From IMG/VR virus record IMGVR_UViG_3300012038_000301, positions 1 through 28,608 of that record: a DNA stretch of 28,608 bases; one strand, 5' to 3'. Below are positions 7,962 through 15,850 of the stretch, one piece after another; position 1 is the first letter of the stretch, and every line of letters begins with the position of its first letter. Origin of the DNA: a virus (lineage: Duplodnaviria; Caudoviricetes). The position numbers were made by a program, and so were the translations under genes. Under the pieces are notes generated by a model. It saw only the letters and a program-made list of their open reading frames with translations. It made no database searches and was not told the origin of the DNA.

Positions 7962-8839
7962 CCGTCGTCTGTCCAGCGTCCTCGGCGCGGTTCATCCCGC
8001 CCATCGAGGCGATCCTCCGCCGCGAGCACGAGGTCCGGGTGTTCGACGCGGACGGGGCCATCGCTGCGGACCAGTGGGCGGACGCCGTCTGGTGCGAATG
8101 GGCCGGGCGGCACGCGGCAGCCCTCGCGGCGTACGGACGGAAGCCGCTCGTCGTCCGGCTCCACCGCTACGAAGCGGACGAGGCGTTCTTCGGCGAGATC
8201 CGCTTCGACCGCCTGACGCTCGTCTCGACGTCGGAGCATGTCCTCGCGCGTGCCCGGCTCCGCGCGGACGTGCCACGGGCCGTCGTCATCCCGAGCATCG
8301 TGGACTTCGGGAGGTTCGTGCTCCGGCCGCACCAGGACACGGCCCGCGTCGGGATCGTTGCGGACATCCACGGGAGGAAGCAACTCGGCCTCGCTCTCCA
8401 GGTGCTCGCCGCGCTGCCCGCGGGAGTGACGATGCACCACGCGGGGGCGACTCGCGATCCAGCGCTCGCGCGGTACCTCGTCCGCATGACGCGCTTCCTC
8501 GGGCTCGAGGACCGGGTGACGTGGCACGGAGAGATCCCGCCCGACCGGATGCCGGGCTTCTGGAGCGACAAGGCAGCGTGCCTCTCGACGAGCGCCGACG
8601 AGGGATGCCCGTACAACGTGGTCGAGGCGATGGCCTGCGGCGTCGAGGCGGTCGTCCACTGGCACGAGGGAGCGGAGCGGCTCGGGGCGTCGCTCTGGTC
8701 CAGCATCCCTGACGCGGCCAGCGCGCTGCTCACGGCCATCGAAACCCCACGGCTAGCGGCTCTCATTCGTTCCGCGGCGGAGTCTGCGTTCTCGATCGAA
8801 GAGAACGCGGACGACGTCCTCGCACTCTTCAGGAGATGA
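7949..8839 (+). CDS. Glycosyltransferase family 4 (GT-B fold)
   Basis: RLHRYEA, GRKQ and the E-x7-E motif in STSADEGCPYNVVEAMACG. ATG 7949 overlaps the upstream gene. Confidence 0.85.
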   Translation: MGRVAVVCPASSARFIPPIEAILRREHEVRVFDADGAIAADQWADAVWCEWAGRHAAALAAYGRKPLVVRLHRYEADEAFFGEIRFDRLTLVSTSEHVLARARLRADVPRAVVIPSIVDFGRFVLRPHQDTARVGIVADIHGRKQLGLALQVLAALPAGVTMHHAGATRDPALARYLVRMTRFLGLEDRVTWHGEIPPDRMPGFWSDKAACLSTSADEGCPYNVVEAMACGVEAVVHWHEGAERLGASLWSSIPDAASALLTAIETPRLAALIRSAAESAFSIEENADDVLALFRR

Positions 8840-8840
8840 C

Positions 8841-10562
8841 ATGCGACACGCCTTCCTGACCTGCCTCTGGCACCGCGAAGAACTCGCCCGCGTCGTCCTA
8901 CGGCACACGAAGGCCGTTGCCCCTCCTGGGTCGATCTTCGTAGCCGTGGCGTCGCGGCCGGCGGACGTCGCTCTCGCCCTCGAGGAGGGTTGGCACGTCG
9001 CGGAGCACGAGAACCGACCCCTCTCCTCGAAGTGGCAGGCGGGTCTCGACATGCTCCGTGGGAGCGATGTCGGCTCCGTCACGATCCTCGGATCGGACGA
9101 CGTCCTCTCGCTGACCGCCGTGGACCGCCTGCTCGCCGCCGTGCTCAGCGGAGCGCACGTTGTCGGAGTCTCCGGCTGCTGGGTCTGGCGCCCGGCCGAC
9201 GAGCGGATCGTCCTCTGGCCGGGCTACCGCGGCGCCCGGCAAGGGGAGCCGATCGGCACGGGCCGGACGTTCTCGCGTGCGATACTCGACGACCTCGACT
9301 GGAAGCTCTGGCCGGACGCGGCCGACAGCGGGCTCGACCAGATGGCTTGGGAGCGTCTCGCTGGGGCTGGTGGCGCGCTCAACCGAGAGGGCGGCGTCGT
9401 GTTGTTCCAGCCCCACGACGCACCGATCCTCGACGTGAAGACGGACGCGGACCGGGACATGGGCTCGTTCGACGTCGCGGCGAGCGAGGGCGCAGCCGAC
9501 GACCGCGGGGCGCTCCGCGCGTTCAAGGGCTCGACGCTCAAGGCAATCCGCGAGCTCGCCGACCCGGTCGCATCCACGCCACGGATCGACGCGGCACCGA
9601 ACCCGATCCTCGCAGCCTGCCTCGTCGTGAAGGACGAGGCCGCGTACCTGCCCCGGTGCCTGCGCTCGCTCGTCGGCGTGGTGGACGAGGTTGTTGCCGT
9701 CGTGGACTCGCGGACGACCGACCGGACGAGGGCGATCCTCACGGCGGCCGGGGCGTGGTGGATCGAGCTCGATTGGGAGGGGTTCGCGCTCGCGCGCAAT
9801 GCGGGCCTCGAGGAGACCTCCGCTCCGTGGCGCCTCATCATCGACGCCGACGAGGTCCTCGAAGACGGCGCGGCCGTTCGGGCAGCGGCGCTCGCAGCGC
9901 CGACAGGAGAAGCGAACGCCCTCGCGGTCGCCGTCGGATCGGTGGTGGGCTCCGGTTCCGCCGTGCTCCACCGCCTCGCCGTCCGCGTCATCGGGCCGGA
10001 CGTGACCTACCGCTACCGGCGGCACAACGAACCCGTCGGAGTCCGCGGCGTGAAGACCGTCCGGGCGTACATCCGGACGTCCTACGCAGGGCGACTCGCG
10101 GTGAAAGCGGAAGGGACGATCCGGGACCTCCTCGCCGAGTGGGAGGAGGAGAAGACGCAGCACGCGGCGGCGTACCTCGCGCACGCATACCGCGGCGTCG
10201 GCGAATTCGAGGCAGCGATCCGGTGGGCGAACGAGTCGCTCGGCATCGACGCGATGAACCAGTACGGCGTCATGTCGTGGCTCGATCTCGTCCACGCGAC
10301 GCAGGCGGCGCGCGGGTTCGAGGAGGGGGACGACGTCCTCCGCCGCGCGACGGCGCTGCACCCTGGCTGCGCCGACCTGTGGCACTCCTGGCTCGCGACG
10401 ATCGCGTTCCGGTGGGCGCGGGCGGCGGCCGACCCAGGCGCGTACCGCTGGCTTCCGCAGGTCTCGACGCCGCAGATGGCCCTCCTCCTCCCCGGGCTCG
10501 TCGAGGCCCTCCGTCTGCCGCTCGCGAGGATGCCGGATGCGCCGGCCGCTCCGCCCGTGTAG
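8841..10562 (+). CDS. Multidomain glycosyltransferase: GT-A domain + GT2 domain + TPR-like helices
   Basis: N-domain contains ILGSDD (9090-9101 for GSDD). The second domain has CLVVKDEAAYLPRCLRSL, DSRTTDRT, WEGFALARN and IIDADE (DADE at 9843-9854). The C-terminus has YLAHAYRGVGEFEAAIRW TPR-like helices. Confidence 0.85.
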   Translation: MRHAFLTCLWHREELARVVLRHTKAVAPPGSIFVAVASRPADVALALEEGWHVAEHENRPLSSKWQAGLDMLRGSDVGSVTILGSDDVLSLTAVDRLLAAVLSGAHVVGVSGCWVWRPADERIVLWPGYRGARQGEPIGTGRTFSRAILDDLDWKLWPDAADSGLDQMAWERLAGAGGALNREGGVVLFQPHDAPILDVKTDADRDMGSFDVAASEGAADDRGALRAFKGSTLKAIRELADPVASTPRIDAAPNPILAACLVVKDEAAYLPRCLRSLVGVVDEVVAVVDSRTTDRTRAILTAAGAWWIELDWEGFALARNAGLEETSAPWRLIIDADEVLEDGAAVRAAALAAPTGEANALAVAVGSVVGSGSAVLHRLAVRVIGPDVTYRYRRHNEPVGVRGVKTVRAYIRTSYAGRLAVKAEGTIRDLLAEWEEEKTQHAAAYLAHAYRGVGEFEAAIRWANESLGIDAMNQYGVMSWLDLVHATQAARGFEEGDDVLRRATALHPGCADLWHSWLATIAFRWARAAADPGAYRWLPQVSTPQMALLLPGLVEALRLPLARMPDAPAAPPV

Positions 10563-10569
10563 CATTCCG
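10558..10569 (+). repeat. 12-bp direct repeat TGTAGCATTCCG, copy 2
   Basis: Identical to 5802-5813. Confidence 0.7.
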
Positions 10570-10574
10570 GCTTC

Positions 10575-10621
10575 GCGGGGGTCGCACCTTCACCTCCCCT
10601 CCTCCTCATCGCGGCCCCCGC
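10575..10621 (+). other. Stem-loop with a 25-nt pyrimidine-rich, anti-Shine-Dalgarno-like loop
   Basis: GCGGGGGTCGC (10575-10585) pairs with GCGGCCCCCGC (10611-10621) with one G-U pair. Loop: ACCTTCACCTCCCCTCCTCCTCATC. Confidence 0.55.
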
Positions 10622-10629
10622 ACCCGCCC

Positions 10630-11535
10630 ATGACCGCCACGCGCCTCGATCCGATCGACGAGCTCGAGGAGTTGTCCGCGTGCTCGACGGAGCAACTGGC
10701 CCTCGCGATGGAGCGGTACGTCCGGGCGTACGTCGAGGCCCGCGACACGGCGCCAGCCTTCGACGCGCTCTGGCGCCTCCTCGGGCAGACGCTCATCCTC
10801 GCGGACGTCCTCGGGCGCCGCCGCGTGGCCCTCCTCACCGACGCGCAGGGCAACGCCCCGGAACTGACGGAGCGGACTCTCGTCCTCGGCGCTCGGGAGT
10901 GGCTCCGCGGGTTGTTCATGCCAGCCGTGAAGTTCGGGGAGGCCGTGCTCGACATCCTCAATCGGTCGCCGCGGATCGCGATCGGCTACAAGGCCGTGCA
11001 GGAGCTCTACGCGACGCACTACGCCTTCGCGCTCGCGAAGTCCACGGAACAGAACCTGACGCAGCACGCCCGGAAGACGATCGCCCGGCTCATCGGCGAG
11101 GGCTCGACGGTCGCCCGGGCGGAGAAGGTCATCGCCGACATGGGCGGCTGGACGCGCGCGTACGGCGAGACCGTCTTCCGCACGAACCTCGCGACCGCCT
11201 ACACCGCGGGCATCGACGCGCAGGTGACGGACGACCCGGACGCGGACGTCCTCTTCCCAGCGTACGAGTTCGAGGCGCTCCTCGACGCGGCGACGCGGCC
11301 AAACCACGGCGCCGCGCACGGGCTCCTCGCGTCGCGGAGGGACCCGGTGTGGCAGCGGTTCACCCCCCCGCTCGGGTACTCGTGCCGGTGCAATCGCCGC
11401 CTCGTGCAGCGCGCCGAGCTCCGCCAGCGTGGGCGCCTCAAGGACAACCGCGTCACGACCTTCTACCCGGAGCGGTGGGCGTACGCCTCACCGGACCCGG
11501 GCTTCGGGCGGCGTCGCGGGGGGCCGGTGACGTGA
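10630..11535 (+). CDS. Phage Mu F-like (SPP1 gp7 family) head morphogenesis protein, short form
   Basis: TVFRTNLATAYTAG, D..TRPNH...HG, DPVW...PPLGYSCRC and terminal PDPGF. Start set at ATG 10630. Confidence 0.9.
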   Translation: MTATRLDPIDELEELSACSTEQLALAMERYVRAYVEARDTAPAFDALWRLLGQTLILADVLGRRRVALLTDAQGNAPELTERTLVLGAREWLRGLFMPAVKFGEAVLDILNRSPRIAIGYKAVQELYATHYAFALAKSTEQNLTQHARKTIARLIGEGSTVARAEKVIADMGGWTRAYGETVFRTNLATAYTAGIDAQVTDDPDADVLFPAYEFEALLDAATRPNHGAAHGLLASRRDPVWQRFTPPLGYSCRCNRRLVQRAELRQRGRLKDNRVTTFYPERWAYASPDPGFGRRRGGPVT

Positions 11536-11681
11536 TGCCGAGCATGGAGACCGCCGCGCGCCGGATCGGCCGATGCGGAGAGTGGGGCGAGCACCTGCGG
11601 CGCCCGGAGAAGCGGAAGTCCGCGAAGATCGTGCGCCGCCTCATGCGCGCGGAGGCCGCGTCGCAGCGGGCAGACCGATGA
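11535..11681 (+). CDS. Small basic hypothetical protein (48 aa)
   Basis: MPSMETAARRIGRCGEWGEHLRRPEKRKSAKIVRRLMRAEAASQRADR. TGATG overlap upstream and ATGA overlap downstream. Confidence 0.55.
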   Translation: MPSMETAARRIGRCGEWGEHLRRPEKRKSAKIVRRLMRAEAASQRADR

Positions 11682-12064
11682 CCACGCTCCTTCTCGCCTG
11701 CACGATCCTCGGCGCAGCGTCGCTCGCGCAGCTCGTAGTCGTCCCGCTCGTCGCGTCTGCGCGCGGGCACTCCGGCGCGCTTTGGTTCATGGTGACGGCG
11801 CTCTGGCTCCTGATCTTCGGCGTCGGCGCCCTCCTCGTCGGACCGGCGTGGGCAGGAACCGTCATCGCGCTCGGCGGGGAGACGACGTTTTCGCGCGGGA
11901 CAGCGGCGTACGGAGCGGCGTGTGCCGTCATCGCGTGGCTCCCGTCGTTCGCGGTCGCGCTGACTCAGCGGCGCGCACGCCCAGGCGTCCGCAAGGGGAC
12001 GCGCGCAGGGCGCCGTTTGGCCATCGGCCGCGGGCGCAACTTCTCGCACTCCGCGCGCGAGTAG
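11678..12064 (+). CDS. Small membrane protein (about 3 hydrophobic segments, basic C-terminal tail)
   Basis: ATGA coupling at 11678. Hydrophobic stretches LLLACTILGAASLAQLVVVPLVA, ALWFMVTALWLLIFGVGALLVG and AAYGAACAVIAWLPSFAVAL. Confidence 0.6.
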   Translation: MTTLLLACTILGAASLAQLVVVPLVASARGHSGALWFMVTALWLLIFGVGALLVGPAWAGTVIALGGETTFSRGTAAYGAACAVIAWLPSFAVALTQRRARPGVRKGTRAGRRLAIGRGRNFSHSARE

Positions 12065-12228
12065 AAGCGGCACGTCCGCTCCGGGTGACTGAACTCCCGG
12101 AGGAGCCCCTTCTCCGCCCAGCGCGCGAGCGTCCACGAGGACGCGCACACGATCTTCGCCGCGAGGAACGCGGGGATGAGGTCCGTCGTTTCGCCCGCGA
12201 TGCTCGCGGTGCGCGCGCTGCTCGTCAT
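11965..12228 (-). CDS. MerR/excisionase (HTH_17/BldC-like) DNA-binding protein
   Basis: LIPAFLAAKIVCASSWTLARWAEKGLLREFSHPERTCRFYSRAECEKL fits the winged-HTH pattern (AA..l.vS..TL.RW...G.L......g.R.Y.r.e.e.L). ATG 12228 lies 7 nt downstream of a TAGCAT -10. Confidence 0.7.
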   Translation of the reverse strand: MTSSARTASIAGETTDLIPAFLAAKIVCASSWTLARWAEKGLLREFSHPERTCRFYSRAECEKLRPRPMAKRRPARVPLRTPGRARR

Positions 12229-12235
12229 GCGCGTG

Positions 12236-12263
12236 ATGCTACACCGGGAGCCTTCCGCCGCAA
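12236..12263 (-). promoter_or_regulatory. Leaderless-type promoter for the HTH gene
   Basis: Minus strand TTGCGG (12263-12258), 16-bp spacer, TAGCAT (12241-12236), 7 nt, ATG. Shares ACCCCTTGCGG with the portal promoter. Confidence 0.55.
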
Positions 12264-12287
12264 GGGGTTGCGCGGCAAACTCCGCGC

Positions 12288-13739
12288 GTGCCGACATACA
12301 GGGCAACGCGCAACGCAGACGGCCGCTACTCCATCTTCGACGTGCCCGTCCTCGGGCTGATGGCGAAGGGCGAGCGCGGTCTCACGACGCCCATCGACGA
12401 GGAGTGGCTGAAGGCCGCTCTCACGAAGGCGACGCAGCGCGCTGGGGAGGGCTACCGCCCGCCCGTCCACCTGAACCATCACGCGGCCCCGTCCTCGGGA
12501 CAGTGGACTCCGCGCGTCGGGTTCATGCGGCTCCGCCGCGTCGGCAGGATCGAGCTCGCGGGCGAGTCCGTCCCGGCGCTGTTCGCCGACCTCGAGGAAC
12601 TGGACGAGGGGACCTTCCGCGAGATCGCGGCGTCGCGCTACCCGTACCGCTCGGTCGAGATCCTCGACCCCGAGGCGCGCGAGGTGGACTCGCTTGCGCT
12701 CCTCGACGACCGCGTCCCGCACTTCCGCTTCCCGAACCTCGAAGTCGATCTCGCGGCGCCGCCGGCTCCTTCGGCGGCCGTCGCGATGCCCGCCATCGCC
12801 GCAGCCGCAGAGAAGGGGAAGGGCGTCGAGATCGTCGGGCGGTTCGCCGAGCCCGCGATCCGGCTCGCCTCGGACGACGAGGGCGAGAAGAAGAAGCGCG
12901 ACGGGGACGGAGACGGGAAGAGCGACGAGGGCGAGAAGAAGCCCCCGTTCGGGAACGCCGACGGCAACGGCGACGACGAGGAGATGCCGAAGCAGACCGC
13001 CGACTCACAGGCGGGCGCTGACGGCGGGTCCGGCGCCAAGATGCTCGACCTCCTCGTGAAGATCGCGGCGCTCCTCGGCATCCAGACGCCCGAGACTTCG
13101 CCGATGCAGGGACAGGCTCTCCCGAAGGAGACCCCCTCCCCGACCGGCGCCGTCGAGCCCTACCAGATCGCCGCTGCGGCGAAGGCGAAGGCCGGAGCCC
13201 AGCACGCCGCGGCAACGCCGCAGGAGTCCATCGTGGCCGAGACGAAGAAGCCCGACGAGAAGCCCGCCGCCGCGGTCACGCCCGAGATGGCCGACCTCGC
13301 CGGGGAGCGCGCCGCCGCACGCGCCGCGCTGGCGCAGCACCAGGGCCGGGAGGCCGTGCTCGCTCTCGCCGCGTCCGCGGAGAAGCGGCTCGTCACCGCG
13401 GGCTACTTCATCGACCCCGACTCGAAGAAGGACATCGAGCGGTTCGCGGCGTCCGGCAAGGACACGCTCGACCGCTTCGTCGCGGCCTTCGAGCGCGTCG
13501 GTCCGAAGGACGGCCCGAGCACGCTCGCCGCCGCCGAGGCGGGCGGGCAGGTCACGTTCTCCGACGAGCCGAAGGAGATCCTCGAGCTCGCCGCGAAGCA
13601 CAACGGCAAGCCCGCGATCCTCGCCGCCGCCCGCGAGGCGAACGCCGAGTTCGACACCCTCAACGCGAGGGTCCCGATGCGCGTCGCGCGCGCAGCGTTC
13701 ATCGCCGCGCACCCCAAGGTCCGGGAGGCGGCCAAGTAG
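12288..13739 (+). CDS. Mu I-like prohead protease/scaffold protein
   Basis: N-domain with PVHLNHH, IAASRYPYRSVE and SLALL..P motifs, an acidic disordered linker and an Ala-rich helical C-terminus. Positioned before the decoration and capsid genes. Confidence 0.8.
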   Translation: MPTYRATRNADGRYSIFDVPVLGLMAKGERGLTTPIDEEWLKAALTKATQRAGEGYRPPVHLNHHAAPSSGQWTPRVGFMRLRRVGRIELAGESVPALFADLEELDEGTFREIAASRYPYRSVEILDPEAREVDSLALLDDRVPHFRFPNLEVDLAAPPAPSAAVAMPAIAAAAEKGKGVEIVGRFAEPAIRLASDDEGEKKKRDGDGDGKSDEGEKKPPFGNADGNGDDEEMPKQTADSQAGADGGSGAKMLDLLVKIAALLGIQTPETSPMQGQALPKETPSPTGAVEPYQIAAAAKAKAGAQHAAATPQESIVAETKKPDEKPAAAVTPEMADLAGERAAARAALAQHQGREAVLALAASAEKRLVTAGYFIDPDSKKDIERFAASGKDTLDRFVAAFERVGPKDGPSTLAAAEAGGQVTFSDEPKEILELAAKHNGKPAILAAAREANAEFDTLNARVPMRVARAAFIAAHPKVREAAK

Positions 13740-13754
13740 CCGCAGGAGCAAGAC

Positions 13755-14222
13755 ATGGCCCTCTCCGCCAACGCGCGCCGCACGATCGCCGGAGGTTCCG
13801 GCGAAGAGATGACGATCACCGTGAAGGACGGTGCCGTCATCTACGACGGCGCCCTCTGCTCCTTCGAGTCGCTGACCGGGAACCTCCAGCCCTACTCGAC
13901 GACCGGAGACCGGCTCGCCGGGTTCCACTTCGGCGACTCCGTCACGGGCGACACGTCCGCGCAGCCGTACCCGACGGCGAAGGTCCACACGGGGCCGATG
14001 ATCCTCAAGAAGATCACCGTCACCGGGCTCCTCTCATCCTCGTCGGTCAACCAGGCGGACCTCGGCGAGAAGGTCCGCATGACGGACGACGGCACGTTCA
14101 CGACGGCCGCCTCCGGCGCGCTCATCGGCCACGTCACCCGCGTCTACGGCGACGGCACCGCAGACGTCTACATCCACAACCTCTTCGGCCGCGTCGCCTC
14201 CACGACCACGCTCGTCCCGTAG
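13755..14222 (+). CDS. Head decoration/cement protein of Mu-like phages
   Basis: MALSAN.R, IYDGAL and QADLGEKVRMTDDGT pattern. AGGAG RBS. Lies between the protease and capsid genes. Confidence 0.7.
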   Translation: MALSANARRTIAGGSGEEMTITVKDGAVIYDGALCSFESLTGNLQPYSTTGDRLAGFHFGDSVTGDTSAQPYPTAKVHTGPMILKKITVTGLLSSSSVNQADLGEKVRMTDDGTFTTAASGALIGHVTRVYGDGTADVYIHNLFGRVASTTTLVP

Positions 14223-14243
14223 CGGACGCAGGAGAGCTGAACC

Positions 14244-15248
14244 ATGCCCGCCATCCCGACCGTTCTCGCCGGCGCGACCCTCGCGAACGGCCTCTCGGCC
14301 CACTTCCGCGACGGCTACGGCCAGGGCACCGGAACGCGGCAGCACGAGCTGCTCGCGAAGGTCATGGACCTGGGCCTCCCCTCGACCGCGCGGCAGACGC
14401 CGTACGCCTACTACGAGACGGCTCCCTACCCGCGGCTCAACCCGCGCGGGGACAAGGTCTCGTTCAAGGCGTTCGCGTCCAAGGCGTTCACGATCACGAA
14501 CTACAACTACGAGCTCGCGATCGGCTGGCACGAGGACGACCGCGCCGACGACCAGGTCCAGGGGCTCTACGACCGCGCCTCCGCGGGCGGGCGCAACTGG
14601 GGCACGCTCAAGGAGCGGTTCCTCGTCGCGATGGAGACGAGCACCCCCGGCGACCTCCTGCCGGCCACCCCGAACGCCCCGGACGGTGCCACGCTGTTCT
14701 CCGCCACCAACGGCGCAGGCGGCGACCGCTTCGGCCTCTCGGGCGGGAACATCGAGTCGGGCGGCGGAGTCACGACGGGCGCGCTCATCCGCGCCGACTT
14801 CTGGCAGGCACGCGGCCGGTTCGCGCAGTTCCAGGACACGGAGGGGCAGCCTCTCTGGGACGGGTCCTTCCTCGACGCGGGCTTCGTCATCCGCTACTCG
14901 GCGGCGCTCGAGGAAGTCTTCCGGGAGGCGTTCCTCCAGGGCCGCACGCTCGCCGGTGCCGTGACTTCGACGAGCAACGCGGCCGTCACGAACACCGTGC
15001 TCGAGTCGGGGATCCCCATCTGGCTCTGGCCGACGCAGCGCCTCTCCGGGAACGACTGGTACGTCTACGCGGTCGGCTCGCAGCACAAGGCCGTCTTCGA
15101 GCAGACGCGGCAGGACCTCACCGAGAGCATCGCCACGCGCGACAACTCGGACCACGCCCGCCAGACCGGCGAGGAGTCGATCCAGTGGAAGTCCCGGCAC
15201 GGCGTCGGGGCCTACCTGCCCTATCAGGTCGTGAAGGTGGACAACTAG
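14244..15248 (+). CDS. Major capsid protein, Mu gpT-like
   Basis: FTITNYNYELAIGWHEDDRADDQ, DGATLFSAT, FQDTEGQPL and NDWYV motifs. Size is 334 aa and an RBS is present. Confidence 0.85.
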   Translation: MPAIPTVLAGATLANGLSAHFRDGYGQGTGTRQHELLAKVMDLGLPSTARQTPYAYYETAPYPRLNPRGDKVSFKAFASKAFTITNYNYELAIGWHEDDRADDQVQGLYDRASAGGRNWGTLKERFLVAMETSTPGDLLPATPNAPDGATLFSATNGAGGDRFGLSGGNIESGGGVTTGALIRADFWQARGRFAQFQDTEGQPLWDGSFLDAGFVIRYSAALEEVFREAFLQGRTLAGAVTSTSNAAVTNTVLESGIPIWLWPTQRLSGNDWYVYAVGSQHKAVFEQTRQDLTESIATRDNSDHARQTGEESIQWKSRHGVGAYLPYQVVKVDN

Positions 15249-15274
15249 AGGCCGCCCGGCCTCGGGAGCACGTC

Positions 15275-15844
15275 ATGGCGAACCCGGTGGAGTCCGGGTC
15301 GCGCCGCGGGTCGGACGACCTCGCGCTGCGGCCCATCAAGGTGCAGCCGCGGGCGAAGGCCCCAGCTCCCACGCCTTCGCGGAGGTACTGGATCGGCGTA
15401 ACGCTCGACGCGCCGTTCGACGCGGACTCGCGGGGCGGCGTCGCGTTCCAGAAGTGGGGCGAGTCCCCGGAGTTCGACGACGCGGGCCGCGTGAAGAACA
15501 ACGCGCCGCTCGGAACCGTCGTCGAACTCACCGAGGCGCAGGTGCGGCTCATCAAGGAGCGCGTCGAGAACATCGTCATCCGCGTCGGCACGTTCACGGG
15601 CGACCGCGCGAAGGCGCCGCGGAAGGAGACCGTCCTCGAGCGCGTCTTCCTCGGCTCGGCCCCGAAGTACCGGCCCGCCGCGAACGACGTCCCGCTGGGG
15701 CACTACCTCTACATGGTGCCCGTCGCGGAGCGGATGCCGCACGACTGGCGCTCCGGAACGCCGGAGCGGATGGTGGACGAGCGGTCCATGCTCAAGCTCT
15801 GCGGCGCGTCGGCCCCCGAGCCTGCCGTGGCGGCGGCGGGGTAA
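15275..15844 (+). CDS. Hypothetical protein (189 aa)
   Basis: GGGAG upstream of ATG 15275, GC3-biased codons, fills the gap after the capsid gene. Confidence 0.65.
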   Translation: MANPVESGSRRGSDDLALRPIKVQPRAKAPAPTPSRRYWIGVTLDAPFDADSRGGVAFQKWGESPEFDDAGRVKNNAPLGTVVELTEAQVRLIKERVENIVIRVGTFTGDRAKAPRKETVLERVFLGSAPKYRPAANDVPLGHYLYMVPVAERMPHDWRSGTPERMVDERSMLKLCGASAPEPAVAAAG

Positions 15845-15850
15845 GGCGGC

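Noticed and set aside
5843-10562. Host O-antigen locus marking a prophage boundary
   Set aside because: It is flanked on both sides by co-oriented head genes, with no wzx/wzy/ABC transporter and no evident compositional break.
10270-10609. Minus-strand ORFs next to a strong AGGAGGAGG tract
   Set aside because: They lie antisense to the glycosyltransferase and have no recognisable protein features. The tract is better explained as a hairpin loop, though this is not excluded.
12874-12941. Repeated GACGAGGGCGAGAAGAAG (DEGEKK twice) in the protease linker
   Set aside because: An ordinary low-complexity duplication in a disordered region.
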